From assembly GCA_964589445.1 (NCBI GenBank), contig CAZPQX010000003.1, positions 42,133 to 106,132 on the forward strand: a DNA stretch of 64,000 nucleotides, read 5' to 3'. Source of the stretch: an uncultured Candidatus Saccharibacteria bacterium. GTDB lineage: Bacteria; Patescibacteriota; Minisyncoccia; Phycocordibacterales; WO2-35-19. Within the stretch, counting starts at the first letter, position 1; each line of letters opens with the position of its first letter. This document shows, in pieces, positions 17,376 through 27,583 of the stretch. The translations under genes were made by a program, and so were the position numbers. The notes below the pieces were generated by a model. It ran no database searches. It was not told where the DNA came from and worked only from the letters and a program-made list of their open reading frames with translations.

Positions 17376-19889
17376 ATGAAAAATAAAGAAGCAAAAGCAC
17401 GAATAAAAATAAACAAACTCCTTGAACAAGCAGGTTGGCGTTTTTTTGATAATGAAAAGGGACAAGCAAATATTTCGCTTGAGCCGAATGTAAAACTTAC
17501 CCAAAAGGACATTGACGCTTTTGGTGAGGATTTTGAATCTACAAAAAACGGATTTATTGATTTTTTATTGCTTGATGAAAAAGGTTTTCCGTTTGTTATT
17601 TTAGAAGCCAAAAAAGAATATAAAAACCCGCTCGACGGCAAAGAACAGGCGAGAAAATACGCTCATACCGAAAACGCCCGCTTTGTTATTCTTTCAAACG
17701 GCAATCTTCACTATTTTTGGGATTTAGAACGAGGTGATCCTGAAATCATCACCGAATTTCCGACACAAGAATCTTTGAAACACAGACAGGATTTCAAACC
17801 AGATAATCAGCGTTTGGCAGACGAAGAAGTCAGAGACGATTATATTGCACTTACGCAAAACCCGAATTTCAAAGATGATCCTCGCTACAAACAAGAAGAA
17901 ACGCGAGAGCAATATCTTTGGGAAGAAAATTTGCGAATTTTGCGACCTTATCAGCTTAAAGCAATACACGCTTTGCAAAAATCCGCCGAAGCTGGAAATG
18001 ATCGTTTCCTTTTTGAAATGGCAACGGGGACAGGAAAAACGCTTATTTCCGCCGCCGTCATCAAACTGTTTTTGCGAACAGGCAACGCCAAAAGAATTTT
18101 GTTTTTAGTGGATCGCTTAGAATTGGAAGATCAAGCGCATAAAAACTTTGTCCGCTATTTGAGCAATGATTTTTCATCAGTTATTTACAAACAAAACCGC
18201 GATGACTGGAAAAAAGCGGAGGTTGTCATTTCAACAGTTCAAAGTCTTTCGGCGCAAGATAAATACAAAAAACTTTTTTCGCCGACTGATTTTGATTTGA
18301 TTATCGCCGATGAATCACACCGCGCAATCGGCGGAAACTCGCGCGCAGTTTTTGAATACTTTATCGGCTACAAATTGGGCTTAACTGCAACACCGAAAGA
18401 CTATTTGAAAAATGTTGATCCACAGAAACTTTCACAAAAAGACCCGCGCGCTTGGGAAAGACGACAACTCTTGGACACTTACACGACATTCGGCTGTAAA
18501 AATGGCGAGCCAACTTTCCGATTTAGCTTGCTTGACGGCGTAAAAGAAGGATTTTTGATCAATCCTATTGTTTCAGACGCGCGAACCGACATCACCACCG
18601 AACTACTCTCGGAAAAGGGCTACGCGGTTATGGTTGAAGATGAAGACGGCACAGGAAGCGAAGAAACATTTTTCCAAAAAGATTTTGAAAAGAAATTCTT
18701 TTCCGAAAAAACAAATCGCGTCTTTTGCCAAACACTCATTGAAAATTCTCTCAAAGACCCAATAAGCGGAGAAATCGGCAAGACCATTGTGTTTTGCGTG
18801 AGCCAAAAGCACGCTTCCAAAATTACCCAAACGCTCAACCAAATGGCGAGCCAACTTTGGCCCGACAAATACAATTCTGATTTTGCGTTGCAAATAACTT
18901 CAAACATTGCCGATAGCCAGCAATTCACAATCAACTTCGCAAACAATAACCTAAACGGACACACCAAGTTTTTGGAAAACTATAAATCCAGCAAAACGAG
19001 GGTTTGCGTAACTGTTGGAATGATGACCACGGGCTACGACTGCCAAGACATTTTGAATCTTGCGCTTATGCGCCCGATTTTCTCGCCGACTGATTTTATT
19101 CAGATCAAAGGACGAGGAACAAGAAAATTCACCTTTGAATATATGGACGAATACGGCGAAAAGCACAAAAAGCCAAAAGACCATTTCAAATTTTTTGATT
19201 TCTTCGCTAACTGCGAATATTTTGAAGAAAAATTTGATTATGACGAGGTTTTGCAACTGCCTATCAAGCAAAAAGGAACAGGCGGAGAAGGACCAGTCGG
19301 TGTTGACATTGATGAATTTGAAACTTTCAATCCCGATAAAGTAAAAACTCTTACGGAAACACCTGTCGGAATAGAAGGGATGAAAGTTGATCGCAAACTA
19401 TTTGAAAAAGCTCGCGAAGAATTGCAAAAAGACACTGAGGTAAAATCTGCCGTGGAAAACGAGCAATGGGACAAAGCGGTGCAAATTATGCGCGACAAAT
19501 ACGAAGACAAACCGCAATTATTCTTGAATCTTGAAAAAATCCGCAAGAGCGAAAACCTTGATCGCCGTATTTCTTGGCGCGAATTCTTGGAACGAGCCTT
19601 CGGCTTGATTGACGTTTTCAAATCCAAAGACGAAAAACTGGAAGAAGAATGCGAAAAGTTTATTTCAATTTACAAGCCCGAAAGCAAATATGTTCCGCAT
19701 ATCAAAAACTATCTGAAAGCGTATGTTACGGATGAAAAATTCCGCGACATTATCAACAACAAACATTTCGCCGACTTGAATGTTTATGCGGGGTTTACAA
19801 TGGCGGAATTTAAGGAATTAAACGGATGGCGGGAAACTGTGCCTGAATATGTGAAAGATTATGTTCCCGTTAATCAGTTTATGAGGTAG
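17376..19889 (+). CDS. hsdR: Type I restriction enzyme R subunit (EcoAI-like)
   Basis: EA.AR..I..LL..AGW, D...EAKK nuclease motif, MATGTGKT, DESHR, TATP, QIKGRGTR. Confidence 0.9.
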   Translation: MKNKEAKARIKINKLLEQAGWRFFDNEKGQANISLEPNVKLTQKDIDAFGEDFESTKNGFIDFLLLDEKGFPFVILEAKKEYKNPLDGKEQARKYAHTENARFVILSNGNLHYFWDLERGDPEIITEFPTQESLKHRQDFKPDNQRLADEEVRDDYIALTQNPNFKDDPRYKQEETREQYLWEENLRILRPYQLKAIHALQKSAEAGNDRFLFEMATGTGKTLISAAVIKLFLRTGNAKRILFLVDRLELEDQAHKNFVRYLSNDFSSVIYKQNRDDWKKAEVVISTVQSLSAQDKYKKLFSPTDFDLIIADESHRAIGGNSRAVFEYFIGYKLGLTATPKDYLKNVDPQKLSQKDPRAWERRQLLDTYTTFGCKNGEPTFRFSLLDGVKEGFLINPIVSDARTDITTELLSEKGYAVMVEDEDGTGSEETFFQKDFEKKFFSEKTNRVFCQTLIENSLKDPISGEIGKTIVFCVSQKHASKITQTLNQMASQLWPDKYNSDFALQITSNIADSQQFTINFANNNLNGHTKFLENYKSSKTRVCVTVGMMTTGYDCQDILNLALMRPIFSPTDFIQIKGRGTRKFTFEYMDEYGEKHKKPKDHFKFFDFFANCEYFEEKFDYDEVLQLPIKQKGTGGEGPVGVDIDEFETFNPDKVKTLTETPVGIEGMKVDRKLFEKAREELQKDTEVKSAVENEQWDKAVQIMRDKYEDKPQLFLNLEKIRKSENLDRRISWREFLERAFGLIDVFKSKDEKLEEECEKFISIYKPESKYVPHIKNYLKAYVTDEKFRDIINNKHFADLNVYAGFTMAEFKELNGWRETVPEYVKDYVPVNQFMR

Positions 19890-19900
19890 CCAAAAATATT

Positions 19901-21769
19901 ATGCTTGATCAGACTACAAAACGAAAACTAGACTCTGCCCGACAAATTCTTGTCGGCAAAGTGCCAGACCCCAAGGCGCAAGTTGAGCAAATCACGACTG
20001 CGCTTGTCTATAAGTTTATGGACGATATGGACAAGGAATCGGAAGAGCTTGGCGGAGAGGCGAAATTTTTTGCCAACAGTTTTTCACAGTATTCTTGGAC
20101 GAAACTTATGAACAACAAACTTTCTGGGCAAGAACGCCTTGATTTATATGTTCAGGCAATTACGAATATGTCTAAAAACCCGCATATTCCGCAATTGTTT
20201 CGTGATATTTTCAAAGGCGCGTTTTTGCCATACAACGATCCTCGCACACTTTCGCTATTTCTCAAAGAGATCAATGAATTTAATTACGAACATAGCGAAA
20301 ACTTGGGCAATGCTTTTGAATATTTGCTTTCTATTCTCGGAAGCCAAGGCGACGCGGGACAATTCCGCACACCTCGCCACATTATTGATTTTATAGTTGA
20401 AGTGGTTGATCCAAAAAAGAACGAAACAATCCTTGATCCCGCTTGCGGAACGGCTGGATTTTTGATTTCTGCATACAAACATATTTTGAGGCAGAATAAA
20501 GAAAAATCTCTCACGCCAGACGAAAAATTGAAATTGATGAATAATCTTGCGGGCTATGATATTTCGCCCGATATGGTGAAATTGGCGCTCGTAAATTTGT
20601 ATTTACATGGCTTTCCAGATCCAAAAATTCACGAATATGATTCACTCACAAGCGAAAAGCGGTGGGGAGAAACATTTGATGTAATAATGGCAAACCCGCC
20701 CTTTACAACACCAAAAGGCGGAGTTAGTCCACATTCAAGGTTTAATGTAAGCGTGAAAAGAACTGAGGTTTTATTTGTTGATTATATTGTCAATCATTTA
20801 AATATTTCTGGACGCTCTGGTATTGTTGTTCCCGCTGGAGTGGTTTTTAAAGATGATTCTGGTTATGTCAAAATAAGAAAAAATCTTATTGATAGCAATC
20901 TACTCTGGGCTGTAATTTCGTTGCCTGGCGGAGTTTTTAACCCATATTCCAATGCTGAAACAAGCATTTTGTTTTTAGATAAAAAAGTTGCCCAAAAAAC
21001 AAGTAAAATTTTGTTTGTAAACATCAACAATGATGGTTATAGCCTTGGGAACACAAGAAATCCCATTAAAGATAATGATCTGCCTTCGGCTTTGGAATTA
21101 TTGAAAAATTATGCTAATGGGAAAAATATAAACAGTAGCCAAGCGTTATTTGTTGAAAAAGAGGATATAAAAAATAATTATTACATTCTTGTCGGCGATA
21201 GATATAAAAAGAATGGTGATAAAAAAACAAAAAATCATCTGCCGTTGAGTAAGCTTTTATTGCGGAATAAAACGCCAATAAATATTGAGAGCAATATTGT
21301 GTATAAAAGAGCAACCATAAAACTTTATGGGAAAGGTCTTTCAATAAGAGATGAGGAGATAGGGTCAAAGATAAATACAAAAAAACAATTTCTTATCAAA
21401 AAAGGTCAGCTACTACTTTCAAAAATTGATGCCCGAAATGGAGCGTTTGGAATAGTCCCTCAAGAATTAGACGGGGCAATTATTACTGGAAATTTTTGGG
21501 CTTTTGATATAAATGAAAATTTTGTAAACAAAGATTATTTGTCTTATCTGCTCTCTTCTAAAAAATTCTATTCAATTTGTAAAGATGCCAGCTCTGGGGT
21601 TACAAACAGAAAATACTTAAACGAAACTAAATTCTTGGCAATGGAAATTGAATTACCAAAAATTGAAGAGCAGAACAAATTGATAACGGAATTAAATGGT
21701 TACAAGAGTAAAATTGAGGAGTTGCAGAAAGAGCTTGATTCCAGAATAGCAAAAGAATGGGATGTATAA
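19901..21769 (+). CDS. hsdM: N6-adenine DNA methyltransferase (HsdM) fused to a single specificity domain
   Basis: GQFRTPRH, DPACGTAGFL, NPPF; C-terminal TRD-like region ending IELPKIEEQNK. Confidence 0.9.
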   Translation: MLDQTTKRKLDSARQILVGKVPDPKAQVEQITTALVYKFMDDMDKESEELGGEAKFFANSFSQYSWTKLMNNKLSGQERLDLYVQAITNMSKNPHIPQLFRDIFKGAFLPYNDPRTLSLFLKEINEFNYEHSENLGNAFEYLLSILGSQGDAGQFRTPRHIIDFIVEVVDPKKNETILDPACGTAGFLISAYKHILRQNKEKSLTPDEKLKLMNNLAGYDISPDMVKLALVNLYLHGFPDPKIHEYDSLTSEKRWGETFDVIMANPPFTTPKGGVSPHSRFNVSVKRTEVLFVDYIVNHLNISGRSGIVVPAGVVFKDDSGYVKIRKNLIDSNLLWAVISLPGGVFNPYSNAETSILFLDKKVAQKTSKILFVNINNDGYSLGNTRNPIKDNDLPSALELLKNYANGKNINSSQALFVEKEDIKNNYYILVGDRYKKNGDKKTKNHLPLSKLLLRNKTPINIESNIVYKRATIKLYGKGLSIRDEEIGSKINTKKQFLIKKGQLLLSKIDARNGAFGIVPQELDGAIITGNFWAFDINENFVNKDYLSYLLSSKKFYSICKDASSGVTNRKYLNETKFLAMEIELPKIEEQNKLITELNGYKSKIEELQKELDSRIAKEWDV

Positions 21770-21780
21770 TTTATCGAAAC

Positions 21781-24120
21781 ATGAAGCTGAAAAGTATCAA
21801 AAAAATCAAAGGTTATAAATCGTTCCAAGATTTTGATTGGCAACCTTTTTTGAATAATGAAACTTTTCATGATGAAGTAAATATTCTTTATGGCGAAAAT
21901 GGAAGTGGTAAAAGCTCAATTGCCAACCTTTTGAAAAGTGTTTCAGAAAATAAAGATTTTGGTAAGTACATACCAGCCGAAGCGTGTTTGGTATTTGATG
22001 ACGGCGAGAAAAAATATCCAGTAAATAACGATTGGGACAATAAAATTTCAAAAGGTTCCATTTTGTTTTTTGATCGCGAATTTATTGATAAAAATGTTCA
22101 TTTGGGACACAGACGAGACACAACGCAAAACGGACAAGAACAAGAATCGGGCAAGATGATTATCGAGTTTGATAGCGACGCTATCAATTTGCGTGGTGTA
22201 AGAGATACGGCTAAAAAAGCGAAAGACGAACAAGACCAGAAAATTAAAGATTTCAATTCTGCGAATAAGGATTCATTGGCTTTTGCTTTGACTGACAATG
22301 AACAGCCGTTTTTCAAAAACTACAAAGATAAAAGTGAAGAAGAAATCAAAACAGCAAAACAAACATTGGGAAAGGAGAAAAAAGAAGCCGAAAAGAGCCT
22401 TGAAACAGATCAGGGATTGCAAAAGAAAGTCGCCAGTATCCAAAGAGACATAAAAAGCTTGCCGACAGAAGAAGTTGAAATTTCCTTTTCTGATGAGAAA
22501 ACATATCAGGCAATTTTTGATTTTGACCTAAAAGAGCAGGCAAAAATAGAAGCCGAGCAGACTTTGATTGATAAAGTTAAATCGCATAAATCATTCTTTG
22601 AAACTGGTTTTGAAATTAGAAAGACACACCAAAATCAGTGTCCTTTTTGCCAATCTGAAAATGAAGAAGCAGGAATCAAAAACATCGTTGATCTATACGA
22701 GCAAATTTATGACACGACATATAAAACACAAGTGCATCAATTTGAAAAAGATAAACAAGTCCTGCTTGATGAAATTTCACAAATTACACAAGCCGTTTCC
22801 GATTTTGATTTGAACAGTATTTTTCTTGAACTTAAAAAATTAGACCAAAATTACAAAATACCAAATATCTACTCTGTTGATGACGAAAAAACATACAAAA
22901 AACCAGCGGTGAAAGAGATAAAAGAGTTGAGTGGTAAAATAACGAAACTTGCGAAGCCAAGCAAAGAGGACATCAAAGAGCTTTATGCAAAAGTAAAAAC
23001 TGAATTTGAGGCGATTGAAGCATTTTTCAAGTCAATTAGTGATTTTGTAGATCAAAAGAACAAGCTCATTTCTAAATTCAAATCCGACAACACCGATGAA
23101 AAACTTCAAGCACGAATTGTTTCAAGCGGTAAAAGAATTGCTGAAATTGAAAAAGAGTTGGTTTTTATAAATGGAAACAAGATAAAGGAACAACAAAAGA
23201 AAGAGCAAAAAGAAAAGGAACAAAAAGCTTTGCAAGATGTTTTTGCTACGCTAAAAACAGAATACGATACAGCCTTAAAAGAATACGAAGATCATTGTTC
23301 GACAAAGGCTTTTTCAAACCTTTTGTCTAAAATTCAAGAATATTTCAAAAATTTCAATTTTAGTTTTAGGCTTGAACCAAAAACAGCACCAACAGGAAAC
23401 AAAACCGAATTTCCGTTTGCGTTCAAGGTTTTGGATTTTGAGGGAAACGAGCGAGATTTCAAAGAGGGACTTTCCGAGGGGGAAATTCAGGTTTTGTCCC
23501 TTTGTTTTTTCTTTGCGTTTCTTGATATACAAAAAGATAAAAAACAAAAGGTGCTTGTTTTTGACGACCCGATCACGAGTTTGGATAATAGCAATTTGAG
23601 TTGTCTCGTTGATTTAATCGCCGAAGAGCAAAAAAACTTTTCACAAATTTTTGTTTTTTCTCACCACAGAACCTTTTTCAAATTTTTAAGAAAGCGATTT
23701 GATAAAAATTGCCATGAATACAATCTAATCCGAAACAAAAAAGAATTTGGCGGAAGTTTTATTTGCAAAAGTAAATCTGATAAATTTTTGGCTAAGCTGA
23801 AAAATTTTGAAACTGACTTGGCGAAAATTCCGCCAGCAAGTCTTGATGTTGAATTGAAAGTCGTTGAATATGGGCAATATTTGCGATATGAGGTTGAAAG
23901 GCATATCAAAAATAATTTATTGCACTGGAACGCAAATGATTTCCCAACGGCGATTGATGGTGTAAAATGTAATAAAGAGATAGATGACGGCGATTTGGAC
24001 AAAATCAAGCAAATATATTCGTTTTGCAACTGGACGACTTCGCATGTTGATGTAGGAGATGATCATGGACTTGGACAACTGAAAACAAAAATCGCCGATT
24101 TTGTAGCAATTGTTAAATAG
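21781..24120 (+). CDS. RloC-like ABC/SMC ATPase with zinc hook (AAA_13-like)
   Basis: Walker A GENGSGKS, coiled coil with CPFC, LSEGE signature, FDDPITSLD, FSHH, C-terminal HEPN-like NWTTSH. Confidence 0.8.
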   Translation: MKLKSIKKIKGYKSFQDFDWQPFLNNETFHDEVNILYGENGSGKSSIANLLKSVSENKDFGKYIPAEACLVFDDGEKKYPVNNDWDNKISKGSILFFDREFIDKNVHLGHRRDTTQNGQEQESGKMIIEFDSDAINLRGVRDTAKKAKDEQDQKIKDFNSANKDSLAFALTDNEQPFFKNYKDKSEEEIKTAKQTLGKEKKEAEKSLETDQGLQKKVASIQRDIKSLPTEEVEISFSDEKTYQAIFDFDLKEQAKIEAEQTLIDKVKSHKSFFETGFEIRKTHQNQCPFCQSENEEAGIKNIVDLYEQIYDTTYKTQVHQFEKDKQVLLDEISQITQAVSDFDLNSIFLELKKLDQNYKIPNIYSVDDEKTYKKPAVKEIKELSGKITKLAKPSKEDIKELYAKVKTEFEAIEAFFKSISDFVDQKNKLISKFKSDNTDEKLQARIVSSGKRIAEIEKELVFINGNKIKEQQKKEQKEKEQKALQDVFATLKTEYDTALKEYEDHCSTKAFSNLLSKIQEYFKNFNFSFRLEPKTAPTGNKTEFPFAFKVLDFEGNERDFKEGLSEGEIQVLSLCFFFAFLDIQKDKKQKVLVFDDPITSLDNSNLSCLVDLIAEEQKNFSQIFVFSHHRTFFKFLRKRFDKNCHEYNLIRNKKEFGGSFICKSKSDKFLAKLKNFETDLAKIPPASLDVELKVVEYGQYLRYEVERHIKNNLLHWNANDFPTAIDGVKCNKEIDDGDLDKIKQIYSFCNWTTSHVDVGDDHGLGQLKTKIADFVAIVK

Positions 24121-24158
24121 TCCCGCCGTCCCGCCGAAAAGTTTTGGGGGCGAAGCCC

Positions 24159-24214
24159 AAGCAGGCGGGCAAAAAGGAAGGGGGTTGGGGGAAGGGATTT
24201 TTGCCCGCCTGCTT
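24159..24214. repeat. Palindromic element AAGCAGGCGGGCAAAAA...TTTTTGCCCGCCTGCTT
   Basis: 17-bp perfect inverted repeat around a G/A-rich spacer. Confidence 0.75.
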
Positions 24215-24260
24215 CCGTTCTCCTTCTTTTTAAGCAAAGAAAAATTGTTAAAATAAATTT

Positions 24261-24725
24261 ATGAGTATAGAATTTTCTAAAAATTTAATTAAAGGAAAGA
24301 TTGCAGAAGTTGTGTTTGAACAAATGATTCGTGAAGAAGGCAAATATACAGTTATCCCTTTTGGTTATGAGCATACAGTACCAACACTTTCTCAATACCA
24401 GCATTTGGCGGTAGTAAAACAGATAATGGATAATATTTCTGATGCCCCTGATTTCGCTCTTATTTCAGAAGATAAAACAAAAGTTTATTTAGTTGAAGTT
24501 AAATTTCAAAGTAGATTAAATATTAATGATTTAGAAGAATACGCAATAAAATTATGTGATAGGTGGGAGTATCCCTGGCTTTTTGTTGCAACACGTGACG
24601 GTTTTTATAATGGATTATGTAGAGACATAATAAAAGAAAGACGAATCCCAGAACTAACAGAAAATTGGGTTAAAAAAGAACGACAAGAGGAATATTTGAA
24701 ATTACTAAACGAGTTTGAAAAATAA
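24261..24725 (+). CDS. PD-(D/E)xK nuclease family protein
   Basis: GKIAE...APDF...LVEVKF motif. Confidence 0.75.
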   Translation: MSIEFSKNLIKGKIAEVVFEQMIREEGKYTVIPFGYEHTVPTLSQYQHLAVVKQIMDNISDAPDFALISEDKTKVYLVEVKFQSRLNINDLEEYAIKLCDRWEYPWLFVATRDGFYNGLCRDIIKERRIPELTENWVKKERQEEYLKLLNEFEK

Positions 24726-24785
24726 TTTTGTGGGTGTAGGATTTGGGGGATTGATAAAATCCCGTAAAATAATTTATATAAAAAC

Positions 24786-25334
24786 ATGGCTATAAAAATT
24801 ACATATTTTGTACACGGCACGACTACAGATAACGAGAAGCACATTTCTTCAGGTTGGAAGGATGTCGAGTTGTCAGAGCTTGGAGTTCAGCAGTCTAAAG
24901 AATTAACCGGAAAGACAAAAGACCAGAAATTTGATGTTGTGTTTTGCTCGGATTTGAAACGAGCTCATGACTCAGCTAAAATCACTTGGGAAGGCATATA
25001 TGAAATTATCCCTGATGCACGACTTAGAGAATGTAATTATGGCGATTTGAATGGTGCGTCTTCTGATGTTGTCGAACCGATGCAAGAAGGTGAATGCCTC
25101 GAGAAACCATTTCCAGGTGGTGAGAGTTATGAGGATGTGAAGTCTCGCATCGCAGATTTTTTGGAATTTCTAAAACAAAATTATGAAGGGAAGCATGTGG
25201 CTATAGTCGCACATAAGGCGCCACAAATTTCGCTTGATGTGTTGCTTAGGAGTAAGACTTGGGAGCAGGCGCTCGCCGAGGATTGGAGGAAGATAAAAGC
25301 GTGGCGCCCAGGTTGGGAATATAATTTGGAATAG
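24786..25334 (+). CDS. Histidine phosphatase family protein
   Basis: VHGTT.DN, SDLKRA, LRECNYG, GGESY, IVAH. Confidence 0.85.
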   Translation: MAIKITYFVHGTTTDNEKHISSGWKDVELSELGVQQSKELTGKTKDQKFDVVFCSDLKRAHDSAKITWEGIYEIIPDARLRECNYGDLNGASSDVVEPMQEGECLEKPFPGGESYEDVKSRIADFLEFLKQNYEGKHVAIVAHKAPQISLDVLLRSKTWEQALAEDWRKIKAWRPGWEYNLE

Positions 25335-25512
25335 TTGTTTTGGGAGGGAGGGGGATTTTGGTGGTGTGTAATTATGGCCGTAGTCACTAGCGTGATTACG
25401 GCCATAGTTACGAGCGGGTAGGAGCGGAGAAAATAAATTTCAGTAGGTAAGCTTGCAAAATTGAGAAGTTGTGTTATGGTTAGTGACAGAAAGGAAACCG
25501 TTTTAACTAACC

Positions 25513-25830
25513 ATGTCTAAACATTCAAGGGCGGGTGGTAAATTCACAGGCAATCACACGACCCTTATACCCGCCGCGACTATCGTCTGTGATATCGCGG
25601 CTGCCTGTCCTACTGTGACCAAAATCACACCCGGATTTATTAAGGCAGGGCTCAAGTCGGTTAGTGGCAAGCGTCGAGTAAAAATTTTGGAAAAGGAAAG
25701 GGTGCTTTCCGTTTCCGTTAGGGATAATTGTTCCCAACAAGAAATTTTTGTTTATGGGACAGACTTGCGGGCTGCGAATCTCGCAATCGCTAATGGATCG
25801 AAGAAACATGGGTTTGCAGTTACGGAATGA
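25513..25830 (+). CDS. DUF2103-like protein
   Basis: GGKFTGNHTTLI...VTKITPGFI...QEIFV; terminator 25830-25879. Confidence 0.65.
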   Translation: MSKHSRAGGKFTGNHTTLIPAATIVCDIAAACPTVTKITPGFIKAGLKSVSGKRRVKILEKERVLSVSVRDNCSQQEIFVYGTDLRAANLAIANGSKKHGFAVTE

Positions 25831-25987
25831 ACCCGCCGCTTGCAGTAACGGAGACCCTCCGTTTGCAGCGGCGGGTTTTCGTTTGTCTAAAATTTTAATA
25901 GATGAGGAGGATTACAAACTTGATTTTTTGTAATAAATAATGTAAAAATTGTGGCGGATGTTAGGTTAAGAAAGGACAGGTTGGTAA

Positions 25988-26401
25988 GTGCCTAAGAAAA
26001 AGGTAATTCACTATTTTTGCCACGATATCACTTCTAATGGTGACATCTTGTGTGGTATGCTCGAAGCCCTCTTCGGGGTGGTGGTTGTGAGGTTTGCCTG
26101 GGACATCGAGGAAATCGTGGAGAGGGATGTTCGAAAAGATATCCCCATCCTCTGTATTTTTGCCCCACCTCTTCGGCAAAAAGAAGACGCCGAGCGTGTG
26201 GAAAGGGAAGTCTGGGAAAAAGTAAGGGAGTTGTTGAGGGGGACACCAGCCTTGTGGTTGTCTGGGGACCGAGGCCAAGACCTCAGGTTTCTGAGGCTGA
26301 CCAAGGTGGTCCATACAGAAGAAGGAGACCCATTTGGGTCCTTCGTTCGCGCGGTGCATAAGATCACGGGGATTGTGCCTCGAGCTCCGCTCAACATGTA
26401 G
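25988..26401 (+). CDS. Hypothetical protein, possible degenerate receiver-like fold
   Basis: GC-richer stand-alone ORF with AAGGA RBS, TTGATT promoter and terminator. Confidence 0.5.
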   Translation: MPKKKVIHYFCHDITSNGDILCGMLEALFGVVVVRFAWDIEEIVERDVRKDIPILCIFAPPLRQKEDAERVEREVWEKVRELLRGTPALWLSGDRGQDLRFLRLTKVVHTEEGDPFGSFVRAVHKITGIVPRAPLNM

Positions 26402-26524
26402 GGCGATCACCGGCCTAAGCTTCAAGGGTGTCGAGCAGTCGACGCCCTTTCGTTTATCTAAAATTTATAAATGGGAAAGATGGTATAGTGTTAGGGTATT
26501 TACTTATAACCTTTAAATAAAAAT

Positions 26525-27106
26525 ATGTCATTAAACATAAAAATAATTTTGGCGAGTGTGAGGCAGGGAAGATTTGGTGACAAACCCGCTAATTGGATAA
26601 ATGAAATAGCAAATAAGTCTGAAGGGGTGTCAGCTGAGCTCCTCGATTTGAAGGATTATGAGCTGCCAGTATTTTCTGAAGCCGTTTCTCCTTCGCATAT
26701 GACGGAAGATTATACTAAGCCCGATGTATTGAAATGGGCACAAAAGATTGCCGAGGCAGACGCTTTCATCATCGTCACTCCAGAATACAACCATGGCTAC
26801 CCATCTTCTTTGAAAAACAATATCGATTATCTATATAAGGAGTGGATCAACAAACCAGTGTGTTTCGTGGCTTACGGCTCTACTGGTGGAGCAAGGGTGA
26901 CGCAGCAGCTAAGGGAAGTTTGTATTGAGCTTCAGATGGCGCCTATCAGAAATAGTGTGCACATAATGGCACCTTGGTTTTTGACAGAAGCTGACGGTAG
27001 TTTGAAATCTGGTGCGCTCGACCCTTATATCAAGCCAGCTGAAAATATGCTTACTCAACTAAAGTGGTGGGCCGAGGCTCTCAAAAAAGCTAGAGATAAT
27101 AAATAA
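26525..27106 (+). CDS. NADPH-dependent FMN reductase
   Basis: SVRQGRFG, VTPEYNHGYPSSLKNNID, YGSTGGAR. Confidence 0.9.
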   Translation: MSLNIKIILASVRQGRFGDKPANWINEIANKSEGVSAELLDLKDYELPVFSEAVSPSHMTEDYTKPDVLKWAQKIAEADAFIIVTPEYNHGYPSSLKNNIDYLYKEWINKPVCFVAYGSTGGARVTQQLREVCIELQMAPIRNSVHIMAPWFLTEADGSLKSGALDPYIKPAENMLTQLKWWAEALKKARDNK

Positions 27107-27170
27107 TATTTATCATTTTTAAAATAACTCCCATGATAATTTTCAAAAATTATCATGGGACTAAGAAAAT

Positions 27171-27548
27171 ATGGAACTAAATAAATTAACTGAAGAAGAA
27201 AGAAGAGTCATCATCGACAAGGGCACCGAGGCGCCATTTACGGGTGAGTATGTAAACAACAAAGCGACTGGTGTCTATGTGTGTAGGCAATGCAATGCTG
27301 CCCTCTATAACTCGAAAGACAAATTTGAGAGTCATTGTGGTTGGCCCAGCTTTGATGATGAGATACAAGGCGCGGTCAAGCGTACTCTAGACGCTGACGG
27401 TCAAAGGACAGAGATCACTTGCGCTCGTTGTGGCGCTCACCTAGGGCATGTCTTCGAGGGTGAGCAAATGACAGACAAAAACATCCGCCACTGTGTCAAC
27501 TCTATTTCTCTAAAATTTATTGAGGGAGTCGAAGGAAAAGGGGAGTAA
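27171..27548 (+). CDS. msrB: Peptide methionine (R)-sulfoxide reductase
   Basis: [35 protein letters not shown]. Confidence 0.95.
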   Translation: MELNKLTEEERRVIIDKGTEAPFTGEYVNNKATGVYVCRQCNAALYNSKDKFESHCGWPSFDDEIQGAVKRTLDADGQRTEITCARCGAHLGHVFEGEQMTDKNIRHCVNSISLKFIEGVEGKGE

Positions 27549-27583
27549 AAATGGTGCTCTCGAATTTGGTATAATCAAAACGT

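Noticed and set aside
25181-25405. MAVITLVTTAIITHH as an ilv/thr-type attenuator leader
   Set aside because: No biosynthetic operon downstream; the ORF is antisense to the phosphatase gene and arises from the hairpin sequence
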